A DNA stretch of 63,999 bases, the filler included, from Sphacelaria rigidula (lineage: Eukaryota): the NCBI GenBank assembly GCA_964200075.2. It is 5 parts of 5 records of this genome, joined end to end, with 100 filler letters (N's around TTAATTAATTAA, not from the genome) between each part and the next. Parts side by side here need not be neighbours in the genome. Positions count along the whole stretch, not along the records: positions 1 to 12,734 come from CAXNAA020003460.1; 4 more parts are not named here. One strand, written 5' to 3'. Positions 1 through 12,834 of the stretch are shown in pieces. Position numbers and translations under genes: made by a program. Under the pieces are notes generated by a model. The model had not been told where the DNA came from and searched no databases. It saw only the letters and a program-made list of their open reading frames with translations. Each line of letters starts with the position of its first letter. Positions within the stretch are counted from its first letter, which is position 1.

Positions 1-155
1 TCTTTCCCTCTGACAGGCGTGGGGGGGGGGGGGGGGTATTGCTTGCACCTTGCGGACACAAAGACAGGCGCATGAGATCGAGCAGAGATGCAAAGAAACA
101 GAAGCAGCACAGGACCAACGCACGGAGGGCAAAAATAAACGAAAACACCTCTCAC

Positions 156-3100
156 CTCAGAGAATTTTTCAGGAGCTGTCACGTCACCACCGCGTACCGA
201 CGTTTCCATGCGTTCGGCCCCAGCCTCCTCGGCGTTGCCACCCACCGACTCTCTTGCCCGCTTCTTGTGCACACTTCCGGCCCCCGGTCCCTTCGACCCC
301 TCCTCATCTGTTGTCACCGTCGCCTGCTTTGACATCTCCGCCATACGCTTAGCTCTTCCTGAGGCAGGGCCCACACCGTTTCCCCTACTTTTACGGCGTC
401 CTTCGACTGCCGTAGGTATGCTTGCCGTGTCTGATGACACAGGCAACTCGCCGTCGAGCCCAGCATTGGGGGAAGGCGGACTGATGGTAGGAATACGCCG
501 GGCGAAAAGAGGGCTCTCGACCGTTTCCGTGTACGACCGGCGCGGCACAGCGCGGCGGGGTCGTGCCCGTGCGTTTGTCCGTTCTCCGTTCCCTCTAGCC
601 GTAACCCCCGTAGAGGTAGCACCCGCTTTCAAATTCGAAGTACCTACGGTCTTCGCTTCTTTTTTTTTCACGGTCTTGGAGGTGTCGGGGACAGCGGCAG
701 CGGCGGCGTCGTCAGCATCTCCGATCATGTCGTCATCGCCAACGCTTACCGCCGCGATCGTCGACGCGCTAACGGCGCCGTCGTTCCCGAAAACCCCCGC
801 AGGCACTGCTTTGGTCTCTTCGTGGGAATCGCCATCCACATACGATGCAGCACGCTTCGCCAGTATTGGGCGCGCCCGTTTCGCCGATCGCTTGCCCCGT
901 GAAGATGGAGATGCCGGCGCTCCCTTGTCCACGACATGGCGACCATCCTCTACTTCCGCCTTGTCCGCCCGACCCTTCCTCGCAACCTTACCCCTCTTAC
1001 TCTTGAAACGCACGTCGGCCACCGCAGATCCTTCGACAACCTCCGCAGGCACCGCTTCGGTCTCTTCGTGGGAATCGCCATCCACATACGATGCAGCACG
1101 CTTCGCCCGTTTGGGGCGCGCCCTTTTCGCCGGTCGCTCGCCGCGTGAAGATGGAGACGCCGGCGCTCCCTTGTCCACGACAGGGCGACCATCCTCCACT
1201 TCCGCCTTGTCCGTTCGACCCTTCCTCGCAACCTTACCCTTCTTACTCTTGAAACGGACGTCGGCCACCGCAGATCCTTCGACAACCTCCGCAGGGACCG
1301 CTTCGCTTTCTTCGTGGGAATCTTCATCCACGTACGATGCAACACGCTTCGCCCGTTCGGGGCGCGCCTGTTTCGCCGGTCGCTCGCCGCGTGAAGATGG
1401 AGACACCGGTACCCCCTTGTCCACGACATGGCGACCATCCTCCACTTCCGCCTTGTCCGCTCGCCTCTTCCTTGCGACTTTACCCTTCTTACCCTTGGAA
1501 GGGACGCCAGTCATCGCCGATACTTCGACTCCACGTGCGCTTGACGCCTTCCCTGCATCTTTCCCGGGAGAGTCTTTTTTTGCTGCTGCACCGCTGGCCC
1601 CGCCGCCGGCGACAACCACCGCCGATCCTACTCTTTCCGCGATCGACCTCGACTCGTCTTCACGCGCTCGATCAGGAGCATTTTCATTCCCTGCATCACC
1701 AGCCCCACAATCACTGGCATCGGCGGTGGGCGCTGACGGGGGCGACGGTGGTTCCGTCGCGGATTTGGTATCACGTGAACGACGACCGCTCTCCAGGCGA
1801 GAGGCGGCCGCCGCGGCTGCGGCCGCCGCTCGCGCCTCAGCGGCGGCAGAGGCAGCAACTCCCGCCGCGCTGGCGGCGGAAGCCGTCGCCGTCGCCGCGG
1901 CCACGGTCAGCTCCGCCTTCTCGCGCTCCGCGAGCTCCAGGCGTCGCTCGATCGACTCACGGCGGGCACGCTCAGCCTCGGTGGCCGCACGAAGGGCCGG
2001 GCCGGCCGCGGCCGCGGCCGCAAGCTCTTGGCGGGCTTGCTCGGCGACGCCCAGTCGGCGCTCCGTAGATAGGCGCCTGGCGCGCTCGACGGTGACATTC
2101 GTTTCGCCGGTACGCTCGACATCACTCAGACGGCGTTCCAGTGTTGCACATTTGGTTGCTTCTTTGGCAATCATCGCCCTGAACATACGGTCGGTAGTGC
2201 GGAGAAACACGATGAGGAAACGGCAAGTGCACTAGGTAAGGATGAGATGATGTGTAGCACCAGATCGGTACGCCACGCCCAAGGCATCATGCATGCGAGT
2301 ATGGTGTGATATTGTCTGCGCGCTCGATTACACCTCCAATACGCCATGCACAGGCAGTTCACGGGCGCCAGGTCAGGGATGAACTACTATTTCACGTGAG
2401 CCGTGGACGGGAAGAACCCAAGCACAAAACGATCAACGAACACCAACACCAAGCTGTTCACGTGAACAGAGGAACAACTTGAAAATCAACCATGAAGACG
2501 TGCGTCGATGCCGCGCACACTGCGTCCATCTCCGACCACGAATGCTGTAAACGTGTAAAACGTTCCTGCATCCAAGGACCCCCAAAGATTCCGGGCAAAT
2601 GCTCTCGGAGGATATACGCACACGCCCTTCTGGGAACAAACGCCGCTAGCCTCTAATCTCCTTCGTCTGTCGTCACAGCGGATATTTCTACGCGTGTACC
2701 GCCCCAAAAAAACGAGTCCCGATCCCCAACCCACACACCCCATGTCCCCTGTACACGAGCAGCTACAACAAACTCTAGAACGTCTTGAGCGAAATCTCAG
2801 CCCCAGAAGAGTAGATCCCATCCATACTTTAGCTGGTAACCGAGTGAATGCAGGCCAGATGCTCGTGGTCGTCCTACAATATGGCAGTACAGGGGAGCAC
2901 CATGAATCCACACGACGGCCCTCTCCGTTCGTCCCGCACCCTCTCTATATCCACCATCTGTTGAAACGGACAACACCCGTCCTCGTGCTTTGCAGGGCAA
3001 GCCCCGGCGTAAACCAGAACCCTGCAGCAATAGCAACACCTCACCTGAGATCTTCTTGAGCCTGCTGTGCCCGACGGCACTCTTCCCCAGATTCGCCCAA

Positions 3101-6100
3101 ACGCTTCGCAAGCTCGTCTGCATTGGCTTTCCCCGCCGTCAACGCCTCCTGAGCCAGCTCTAATTCCGCTCTGACAGCGATCGCCTCTTTCCTAGCGGCG
3201 TGACCTGCGCTCTCCAGAGCCTGAGACCTCGTGGTCAACAGCGCCACGCGCTGCTCGCTCTCCTGGAGGAGGAGAGGCGTGTTTGCCGTTGTACAGCCGA
3301 TTGACCGTTAGAAGCGAAAGGGGTTGTGAAGGGATCTTCATCACCGTACCGTGCTGCACAAGTCAGAACGATCACTCTGGCGACAGGAATATCGTCAACG
3401 CGAAGGAAACTCAGGAAAAGGAGGGAGAACAACTACAACTCAGAGGAGAAAGTGGAAAGTATGAACAATTGCAGGGGCAGGGGTCTGAAAAGTTGCGTGC
3501 GGGCCTGCGCTGGCGCAAATATTCCCCCCAATCTGCGCGCAGTGCAGACTCTGGGGAGGCAATTCTGCGGCTTGCCGCAGAAAAAAATATTGAGCCGCAT
3601 CTTCTTCGCCGGAGGCGAAAAAAATCTGCGGCCTACTTTGCGGCGAAGGCGCAATTTTTTTTTGGTTCCTTTTTCGCCGAAGGCGACGTCCATTTGTGGG
3701 CCTCTGTCTTTCACCGGAGGCGAAAAAAGAGAGTTTTGGGTCCCTTCTCCTTGTCGGAAAGCACACACATGTTGATTGGGTGGAATTACGCCTGTTTTTA
3801 GGCTAATTTTGGGTAATGTTGGCCTATGTTGTGACTGTAAAGTGCAAATTTTTGGGCGCATATCGCCTTCGGCTCTGGTCTGCGCTAGCGCAGACCGAGC
3901 CTCGCAAACTTTTCAGACCCTGTTGCAGGCGCATGGTCAAGAGGTAGTACCCGGTTTGGGATCCCCGAACTGCTGGAAAAAAAACATTTGTTCACTAGAA
4001 TCGAGTAAAAAGACATTCGCGTGGGGTACAAAATGGGATCACTGAGGAAGGACTGCAACAGTAGCAGCTTGGAGGTCAGGCGGCCAAGTTCTTACTTTTG
4101 CTTCATCTTACAGAGACGAACATGCCAGATAGCTGAGTTGCAACCTGCTCCCACGGCCTTGCTTCTTGCGCATCTTCCTCAGGGGTATCATTCACTATCC
4201 TATTTTCCCCCCGAAATCACAAGACAGTTCCCGACAGTTCTACTTTCCTCCGCGAGATGTGCGAGCAGGTGTCTCGATCAGTTTAGGCAATGAATCAACA
4301 TAGGACTGACAAGAGAGATTCCCTGAAATCTTACGTCGAAACTTTCCTGCAGCGATTTCTTCTCGCAGAAGCCGGGCAAAAGGTCCAACCCTTCAGAGGA
4401 AGTGAAGATAAAGTCTGAAAAAAGTCACCGACTTCGTGATTATACCCCTTACCCGAAACCCTCACATGTGCGATATCAGATTTTTCTTCTGTGCCGTCAC
4501 CATTTTACTTCTGGGCCTGGTGCCGTTCTTGTGCTTCTTTTTTTCTTATACGCTCTTTTCTTGACACGTTTTTCGACATTCATCAACTCTCCCACTGCCC
4601 CAGATTCCTGCAGCGTTCACCCTTTTGGGACCGGACTCCCAGAAGCATGAGGTTTGCACGCAGGGACGTTTCTGTGAATCGGCATTTTTTTGTTCACCTT
4701 GGGCATGTCTACCTTATGGATCAGTTTTCACACGATCGTCGAAATCAAGAGAAAATTAAGGAAGGACAGAAATCCAAAACAACTCGATCGCACAAGTGCA
4801 GTAGGGAAACTGCAAGCAATGGCATTACTGCCGTAAAAACACAGCGTCACCGATGATGATACATACCTAAAGTTGCACACCCTGAACAGTGGATGATGTT
4901 GTAAAAAAATAAATTGCGTACAGTGTAAAACCTTTTGTATGTTGCAATAGACGCAATAGTTCATACTGCCCGTACGATACTGTCTGTCCGCGGCACCCTT
5001 TTTGACAACGTAATCCTTCGGTTGGCCCTGTAGGGCGGTCTGCCGACTGGTTGTGTAACCAATTGGAGTGGACATTTAGCTCCACCTATCGTTCAGCCTC
5101 CTTAGTCCTGCGGTGAAAACGAAAAAGATTGTCCGGTATTTAGTACACAGATCGAGGACTCGATCTCTCTGTTCCCGCAATTAGATTTCAGCAACTGCAT
5201 TCCCTGTGTTTGGTTGTGCAGGGCGTGCGAAAGTTATGCCGCGGTGACCACGTATTTTTATCACAAATCAATTCTCCGTGGTTTGCAGTTAGGTTGGTGT
5301 ATTTCGTCTCGTCAGTTTTCTTCTGTTACTTTCCTGTGTTTTGGCAAGTTTCTTGCACTCGACCACTGGAGGAAGCCAGACATAACAACTCCAATGACCC
5401 AACATCATCAATATTGAGATGACGGTGAGACACGGATACTACCCTGCAACTAAACCCGCCGTGCTATGAATTGATCAAGCATTAGCCAATCATCTACGGA
5501 TCGACGAGAAACAGGGGGAAATGGTTGCGGCGTGTCACAAAACCCGCCCTCGAAGCATGGCCGCCAAACCATAGACTCTCATGTACACAGCCGCGCGCCA
5601 TGCATTGCGCCCCCTGTGCCTGCGGATGATGACCAAGCAGTAGCCGTATACCCTCGTGACAAGCAATCGATCAAGAGTACAACGGCTGATGCAATACCGA
5701 CACCAACACCAACATCAAGATCAGCAACATTAGAAATATTGATATAATAATAACGTTGAAACCTTCTCTCTCGTTTTTGCACAGGTGAGGTTATTCTGTT
5801 CTGGTTCAGTTCCTCCCCCCCACCCTCCTTCTTATCCTTGCCTTCTCCCTTTGTCGAGATACCTTTTTTTCGGCGAGTGTTTCCGTTTTTGTTTACCTCG
5901 GGTGCATCTATCTTGTGGATAAACACCACGACTGGATCATGACTCCTAGGGGATCAGATCACGTACAACAATTAATCCGCCAATTCAGACCAACATTGAC
6001 AACAGCAGTACCAACAACAGTATCAACAACGGCAACGACAACGACAAAGCCGTGTGGGCACGGACGAACATCAACGAGAGAGTGACGTTGGAAGCAACAA

Positions 6101-9100
6101 ACTATCCTCGCGTGTGTCAGGAGAAACACACTCACCAAAACACACGCACCCGTGTGAAGCTTTACGCTTCTTCGAGCTCACTCACCTCCACCCCAGCCCA
6201 CAATGCAGCAACACGTGTTGACATCCTCCGATTGCGCGCAGCGTACGCCTTCACCACATCAGCGGCCCTCGTCGTCAAAGCCGCGGCGCCTTCGCGCAGC
6301 AACTGCTGGGCTCTCCCTTGCTCCTCCTGCAGCATCTTTTCCCTGAGAATCTGGGCTGTACCGTTGACGCGCAGAAATTCAACCTGATTTTTGTGTCGCG
6401 AGGGTAAAAAAGCGCAGAGATTTGACGGCGACTTTCATCGAATTTTTCTCCCTCTGTACTGCACATGACACCTTACAACCTCCTCGGGTGTTATTTAAGG
6501 TGGTAGGGGGTGATATGCAACGTGCCTGTGCATTGCGCTTGATGAAGAACTCTTGCACGAAAAAGTAAAATCAACCAAAATAGACCATAGCAAACAAGTA
6601 CCAACGTGTATGCACATATATCTTCATGTTGAAGGCATGAAGCCAATGTTCGCTAAAACAAAACACAACACCACTTTCTTCACTGATACAGTAGTTTCGA
6701 TATTTTCAATGAAGCTACGACGAGAACTTCATCAAAAAAAAAAGAAAAGGCACAAAAAAAAAAGAAAGGCAGCGACCTTCTTTTTCAAGCAATGTGAAGC
6801 TACTTCTCCTCATGTATTTTGAAAGAAAAAAAAAAATGATAAGTGCATTTTTGGACCTTCTCCGTTGTTTTCTCCCCGAAAAGTGGACTAAGCGGATGTT
6901 GACACCTTGGAATGACTTGCTCTACTCGCTGAGACCGTCCCAGAGCACCTTTGCGTTTCCCGCAGGTCACAGGTTCGCTTTGGATCAAACTTGCATTTCC
7001 GATAACAAACGGTCAAGTTATCAAAAATATGGCAGTTTCCCTCCTATTTTTCCATAATTCTTGCTCTACTCGCCAAGACCGTTCCAGAGCACCTTTGCGT
7101 TTTCCGTAGATCACGGTTTCGCTTCGGGCCAAACTTGCATTTTCGATAACAAACGGTCAAGTTATCGAAAAACAGGGGGGAAAGTGCCATATTTTTGACA
7201 ACTTGACCGTTTATTATCGAAAATGCAAGTTTGATCCAAAACGAAACTGTGACCTACGGAAAACGCGAAAGGTGCTCTGGAACTGTCTCAGCGAGTAGAG
7301 CAAGTCATTCCAAGGTGTCGACATTCGCCTAGCCCTCTTTTCGGGGAAAAACGACGGAGAAGGGCCAGAAGTGCACTTTTTAACAAGTTTTTTTTTCAAT
7401 ATACATGAGAAGTAGCGTAAGGTACAAATTAACAGTGCTGAAAAAAAGGAGCCGAAATTCGTCAGTAATTCAGGGGGTGGTATTTTGCGAATGAGGGTTA
7501 TGCTGTGTCGCACACGGCACATAGAGGTTCCGAGGCGGGGATGGTGAGGTATAAGTCTGAGTGGGGTATAAGGAACTGTATTTTGCCGGTTGACGTATAA
7601 AAGTTCGCTGTGTTTGAGAAACAGTCAGTCATGCGGAACACGTCTGAATATCCACGTACAGCAGCTAGCGTGCGAGAATGGTGTACACACCGGATAATAT
7701 ATGGTCAATAGATGCAACAGACAAACAACGTACTGGGTAAAGTACAGGCCTACTGCATCTATCGGCCACATATTGTCTAGTGTATGCATCGTTCTCGCAC
7801 AAACCGACCACAGTTGCAATAGGCCTGTACTTTATCCAGTACATTTTTGTCCATTGACCATATTGTGTCCAGGATGTGGAACGATACTTTTCTTTATTCC
7901 CCTTCGTCTCTCTGCAGCGGTGGAGCGAAAGGCCAGGGACAACAACGGATAAGGTACCCTCCTCCATCTCTTTCTCTGTCTTCCTCTGTCCCTCTCTCTA
8001 TGCCTGTCTCTGTCCCTCTCTCTATGCCTGTCTCTGTCTCTCTCGTGGACGCGCTGTTTTTCTCCCCGCAGTGTTATACAGGTAGCCGCTTGGTGCCTTG
8101 CCTCCGCAGGACTCATGGGTGAGAGTTCGTAACCAAATACAGTATGGCCGGAATAGCTGAGCCGAATCTGCTTCTCTCACGTTATTTTCTGTTTAGCTTT
8201 CTGTATGGGTGCACGTACTTCTTCGCGCAAGGATTTTTCTCACCTGAACCCATGCTACAGAGGCCGGTAATTTCTAGTTTTATTTCGTTATTTCTCGGTG
8301 TATTTCGTTTTCCATTATTTCTGCTACTCCGTAGTTTCTACCTCTTCTGCCTGGTTTTGTGCATGTGTTCTGTTTTCTTTCGTTTCGTTTCGTTCTTCAC
8401 TCACTCCGTTTCTTCATTATATATATATTTTTTTTCTACCGTTCTTCTTTTTCTAGGGAGCATTTCCATTTTGTTTCCCTTCGCGTGCATCTTGTGACCT
8501 TCGCTGGGTCCCTCGGGGATCTAGTTTGTACTCAACCATCAGACCAGAACAATCAATAAAACAAGGTACGTGGGGGGCGGCGGCGGGGGGGCGTGTGTAC
8601 TCATCCCCCTCATACCTTGTTTTACTGATCTGATCTGATTGTTGCACATGAACTCCCCGAGAACAAGGTACGGGGAGGAGGGGGCTACAATGATCGTAAA
8701 TGGAGAGCATACGTGTGGCACATGAAATCGCTGAGCAGGGCAGCAACAGCGGCAGCGACAGAACGTAAGGATTGAAATCGACGTGCGCTTTTTGTCTACT
8801 CTTGTTGACGACATATCGTACTACACAAGCACCGCTGCAGCATTAAACGCACCTTAATCTTCCGCTCTTCAATCCACTTCATGTCCTCTTCGCACTGAGC
8901 CTGAGCTCGCCTGTATCGCTCCTCTGCGCGCTCTAGCCGCATCGCCTGCTCGCGCGCGGCAAGCTCCGTCACCTGCACGACAAGCAAGAGGAAAAAAATC
9001 GCGAGTGACATCAAAAAATAAGGACATACCACTATCGTGGATGATATACCATCGCCCTGAATAACACCCACCCCCCAATAATGCGCTTCAGCTATTTCTG

Positions 9101-12100
9101 GGATCATAACGGTACAGTGGAGCTCTTAGCAAAATGCGGTCCCTTTGATGTGTGAGGTTCATCGCAGACAGTGCAAACAAAATCAAGTGTCACAAGTCCG
9201 ATCCATTATAACAGTCAGATAATTACGCTACAGTACACCCGTGCAGTACCGGGTCCAATCACAATGCAGTCATGCCGGGCTGACGACCCACCGCACCATT
9301 GCTGGAACCCCGACAGTCCACTACACGGACACGCGGGATATCACCCCCCTGGACACCACGTCCGGGTGAGACAAACAAATGGGTCAAAAAAGATATCACC
9401 GAATGGTCGCATATACCATCACCCACGTCATGTTCCAGCAGAATGAGTGAATACATTACAAGGTCATCGTACAAATAGGAGAGAAAAAAAGCAAAAAGTT
9501 CAACAAGTACCCGAGAATACCCGCAGCGAGAGAAAGCTTCACGTCCGAAAGCCACTGTTATGCAACGACGACCAGAAAATGTTGCACAAAGCACGCCGAC
9601 ACATTTTCTACGCTCGGATCACGAGAGGACAGTAGACACGTATGAAAGCTGCATGTATGACGAGAAGTGTAACTCCAAACGACACTCTACATGAAAAAAA
9701 AATCGAACAGACAAGTGGATGTGCAAAGTGGCGGATGACCGGAACACCCAACCAGCACAAACCGCCAAAAAACCGACACCCATACGCCGACATGGTCCTA
9801 GAACAAGAAAAAATACAAATAAATGTGCATGTTGTGTCTCTCCCTCCCACGTCACAACTGCAACATCGTGTTGCCCCCAGTCTTTCTCAATCAACCAACA
9901 CCTCAACATGACCATTTTCCATTCGCTACCGTAACAACCACCTTTTCCCTCAGTGGGCGGCAGGCTGCAGCACACGCCATCATGTGTACCACGCCCCACT
10001 TTACGCCCTACTAGCCATGGAGACACACGCACATGTGTCAATGTGCACTCCTCAGGAGAAAAAAACAAATCTGCCACCATCCGAACCCTCGGGTCTACCC
10101 CGTCCAGCCCTACGGTGTATCACCAAGACCACCGGTGCTCCGCGGCATAAATATCGACCAATCACGATCATCGCTCCAATTGATTACCTTTGCCTGCGTC
10201 TTCTCGAGTTCAAGCTTAGCCTGCTGCGCTTCCCTCTCGGCCGCTTCCCTTTGCTCTTCGCATTTGCGCTTCTCCAGCTCCAGCTGAATAACACGAGCAT
10301 CGGATGACCCACCGGGCGACACCTCACTAGCTGATCCCGCCGCCGCTTGTGTGGGGTCTCCGTTTCCCCTCGCGAGCGAATCCGCTACCGTTAAAACTTC
10401 GACATTATCGCCGTCATCGGCTCCTTTGGTCGTGGTGTCATGCTCAGCCGTGGTGACAGTGCTCGATGAGGCAGCGCTGCTGCTGTGCTGATGCTCCTCG
10501 AGCTTTTTGCGGAGAGTAGCGACTTCGTCCTGCGCTTCAAAGGCGACTTCCGCGAGCCTGTTGACGCGACGGGGGCGCAGGGTCGGCGGTGGCGTCGATG
10601 TTCGAGAGAATGACAAAATCAGAGAGAGAGTAAAATGCAGGAGCAACGTGTTGGTCATGCTCTAGGCGGTGACTACACGGACGAACCGAGTACGACCTCA
10701 CGCCCAGCCCAAGGCATGCAAGGAGTAATTGCCCAGCACTTTCAAATCCATGCCTACACACGATATCCGAGCGGCGAAAAGCGTTTCCACGTGGTGACCC
10801 TTTTCTCGTTCAGTGCCACACCTACGTCACCTTAAGACCAACGAAACCTCGAATTCCATTACTTTTTGTGGTGGTTTACAACTACGTTTGTGTAACCACA
10901 AACAGCACGACCAAGTCACACAACTCCTTATCCGTCGCAAGAAGCTGGACAACGGTCATCACCCCTCACTTCCCCCCCCCCGCCTCTTTGACTCACTTGT
11001 TCCTTTCATCCCGCTGTTTTGCGAGCCGATCAGCCATGCACGCAATCTCCCGATGTAGCTCCCCAATTTCCAACTGCGCCTGCACCAAACTCCTCGTCCC
11101 AATCTTCTCGGAGGTCCCCCCTGCACCAACCTCAAGTACTTCGCTAGAATTGGCACCATTCGCACCCACATCCGCCCTCGAAGATCCTTCGTCACCCGCG
11201 GAGAGCGACTCCACGGGGGTTCTGGGCAATTTGCTACGGCTCGTAAAAGGGTCATGTGACGCCGCTACTGCCCCGCTGTCAATGCTGCCACCGTCAGAAC
11301 GTGGCGTTTTGCTACATGCCGCTTCGTCCAAGGCCTCTTCAACTCCGATCGCATCATCAGAAGCGGCGTTGGGTTCGGGGCCAGAGCTGCCGCAGGCATC
11401 ACCCTGGCCACTGCTCCCGCCAGCGACGGAGTCAGTTACCAGCATTGCGGCCGGCTGCGCGACAATGGTGGCGTGCTCGGCCCCTATCGATGATGACGTG
11501 TTGGAAGGTGCAGCACCGGTGGGTGTACGAGCAACTTTGTTCGACTGTGCGAAGGGGTCCGTGGGGTCCAGCTCCTGCTCGTGCTCGTGAGCTGGTGGAT
11601 TACTGCTAGAGCTGTTCGGGGCAGCAGTGACCGCACACGAAACGATGATGCCGGGTCGGTCGACGACAGCTGAGCTCATCGTGGATGCCTGTTGAGGTTC
11701 AGTGCTCTCGGCGATATCCACATGCTCCTGCTCTCGCACCGCAGCATCGACGTCGGATTCTACCGTCGTTTCCTTCACGCGAGCATCCTCCCGCAACACG
11801 CCTGACCCCTCGCTCTTTTGGCCATCTTCGGCGGTTATGCTAACGTTGTCCCCCTCACCATTACGGCCGGTCGGGCAGTCGTGGGAGTTCTGCTGCCGCA
11901 ACCCCTTGGCTTCTTCGGGCACAACTCTGCCTCCACTTGCTGCCGGGTCGACATCGGCGATGGCCCCAGCGGAGGTAGCGGCGGCAGCGGCGGTAGCCGC
12001 GATGAGGGCGTCGGCTGCTTTTTTCTTGGCAGCGGCGGCAGCGGCAGCGGCGGCGGCCTCGGCGACTGACGACCGCCCGCTTCTGCGTACCCCAGTCGAC

Positions 12101-12204
12101 GCACCGTTCCGGCGCGGCACCTCCCGCTGATGCTGCGATGCAATTGTGGTGTTGGTGACCTTGGCACCCGGGCGTTGAGAGCTGCAAGGGTCGAGAGACC
12201 TCAT
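156..12204 (-). CDS. Large multi-exon coiled-coil / low-complexity protein of unknown function (>=1379 aa, 3' end beyond the window)
   Basis: Exons 12204-10997, 10557-10188, 8972-8853, 6383-6186, 3262-3045 and 2178-156 have GT..AG introns with matching phases (..ERNK|LAEVAFE..QAK|VTELAARE..KIK|VEFLRVNG..GVE|ESEQRVAL..EDLR|AMIAKEAT..FSE). The central part is E/R/A/Q-rich heptad-like sequence. The + strand 675-aa ORF (208-2235) is its antisense shadow. A further upstream exon is possible (acceptor at 12214, donor at 12527). Confidence 0.85.
795..1500 (-). repeat. Coding tandem repeat, 246-bp (82-aa) unit, ~3 copies
   Basis: The motif CGTGGGAATC(G/T)..ATCCAC recurs at 821, 1067 and 1313 (spacing 246). 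Units are near-identical and frame-preserving. Confidence 0.9.
3478..3922. mobile_element. hAT-like MITE
   Basis: ~40-bp imperfect TIRs (CAGGGGTCTGAAAAGTTGCG.. / ..CGCAAACTTTTCAGACCCTG). Flanks TTGCAGGG(G) / TTGCAGGC resemble an 8-bp TSD. The interior has CGCCG(G/A)AGGCG subrepeats. Confidence 0.7.
6801..7414. mobile_element. Foldback MITE with ~250-bp TIRs (TA-flanked, Tc1/mariner-like)
   Basis: Ends are TA|CTTCTC.. and ..GAGAAG|TA. The arm at ~6801-7050 is the reverse complement of ~7165-7414. The centre (~7060-7165) is a direct duplicate of part of the left arm. Confidence 0.8.
7685..7880. mobile_element. Small palindromic MITE-like element
   Basis: ATGGTCAAT..GTACTGGGTAAAGTACAGGCCTACTGCA is mirrored by TGCAATAGGCCTGTACTTTATCCAGTAC..ATTGACCAT. 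Confidence 0.6.
7965..8045. repeat. CT-rich minisatellite (24-bp unit TCTCTGTCCCTCTCTCTATGCCTG)
   Basis: Two near-perfect units plus degenerate flanks. Confidence 0.8.
10070..10138 (-). mobile_element. Degenerate tRNA-derived SINE head
   Basis: The minus strand reads GCACCGGTGGTCTTGGTG..GAGGGTTCGGATG, resembling Pol III A and B boxes at tRNA spacing. Confidence 0.4.
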
Positions 12205-12734
12205 TGGGATGATCTGTACCGTGATCACCGAGAAAAAAAAGTGCGTGGGCGAGGCGGGTGGTTGAAAGGATGGAGAGGGGGCCACGTTGAAGTTGGGTGA
12301 ACGTGATGCAAAATGTTCAGGGTCACCTTCATACCAAAAAGAGATTCGCGTGCGGTCAGACCCTGCGCGGGAGAATAAATATCGATGCAAATACCGGAGC
12401 AATGTGACTCAGGCCTCCAGTTTGTTATTCGGAACAATATAATCGATTGACAGTTCAGCGGATTATTGGCGGTGAAAGCGAGGGGGGATGCAGATACATG
12501 GTGCCACGCTGAACCCAAGATACTCACGTGGAAGCTGTACTCGACGTCAGCGGGGGCAAATAAAGATCCTTATCTAACGAAATCCCCCTGCATGTCACTC
12601 ACGGACATGCACTCGTGGGATATGAGTAGTTGAAGGGGGGGGGGGGGGGGGGGGGACACTTTTTTTTTTTTCTTTTTGTGTTTGTCCATTACCCCCCCCC
12701 CCCTTTCGGACGGGGGCAAGGAGGGGGGGGGGGG

Positions 12735-12834
12735 NNNNNNNNNNNNNNNNNNNNNNNNNNNNNNNNNNNNNNNNNNNNTTAATTAATTAANNNNNNNNNN
12801 NNNNNNNNNNNNNNNNNNNNNNNNNNNNNNNNNN
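12735..12834. other. Artificial contig spacer (N44-TTAATTAATTAA-N44)
   Basis: 100-nt N gap containing a linker with stops in all six frames. Confidence 0.98.

Noticed and set aside
208..2235. 675-aa + strand ORF
   Set aside because: Antisense shadow of the minus-strand exon 2178-156, which has proper splice sites and joins upstream exons in frame.
12779..12790. TTAATTAATTAA as a biological motif
   Set aside because: Embedded identically in every N gap; it is an assembly linker.
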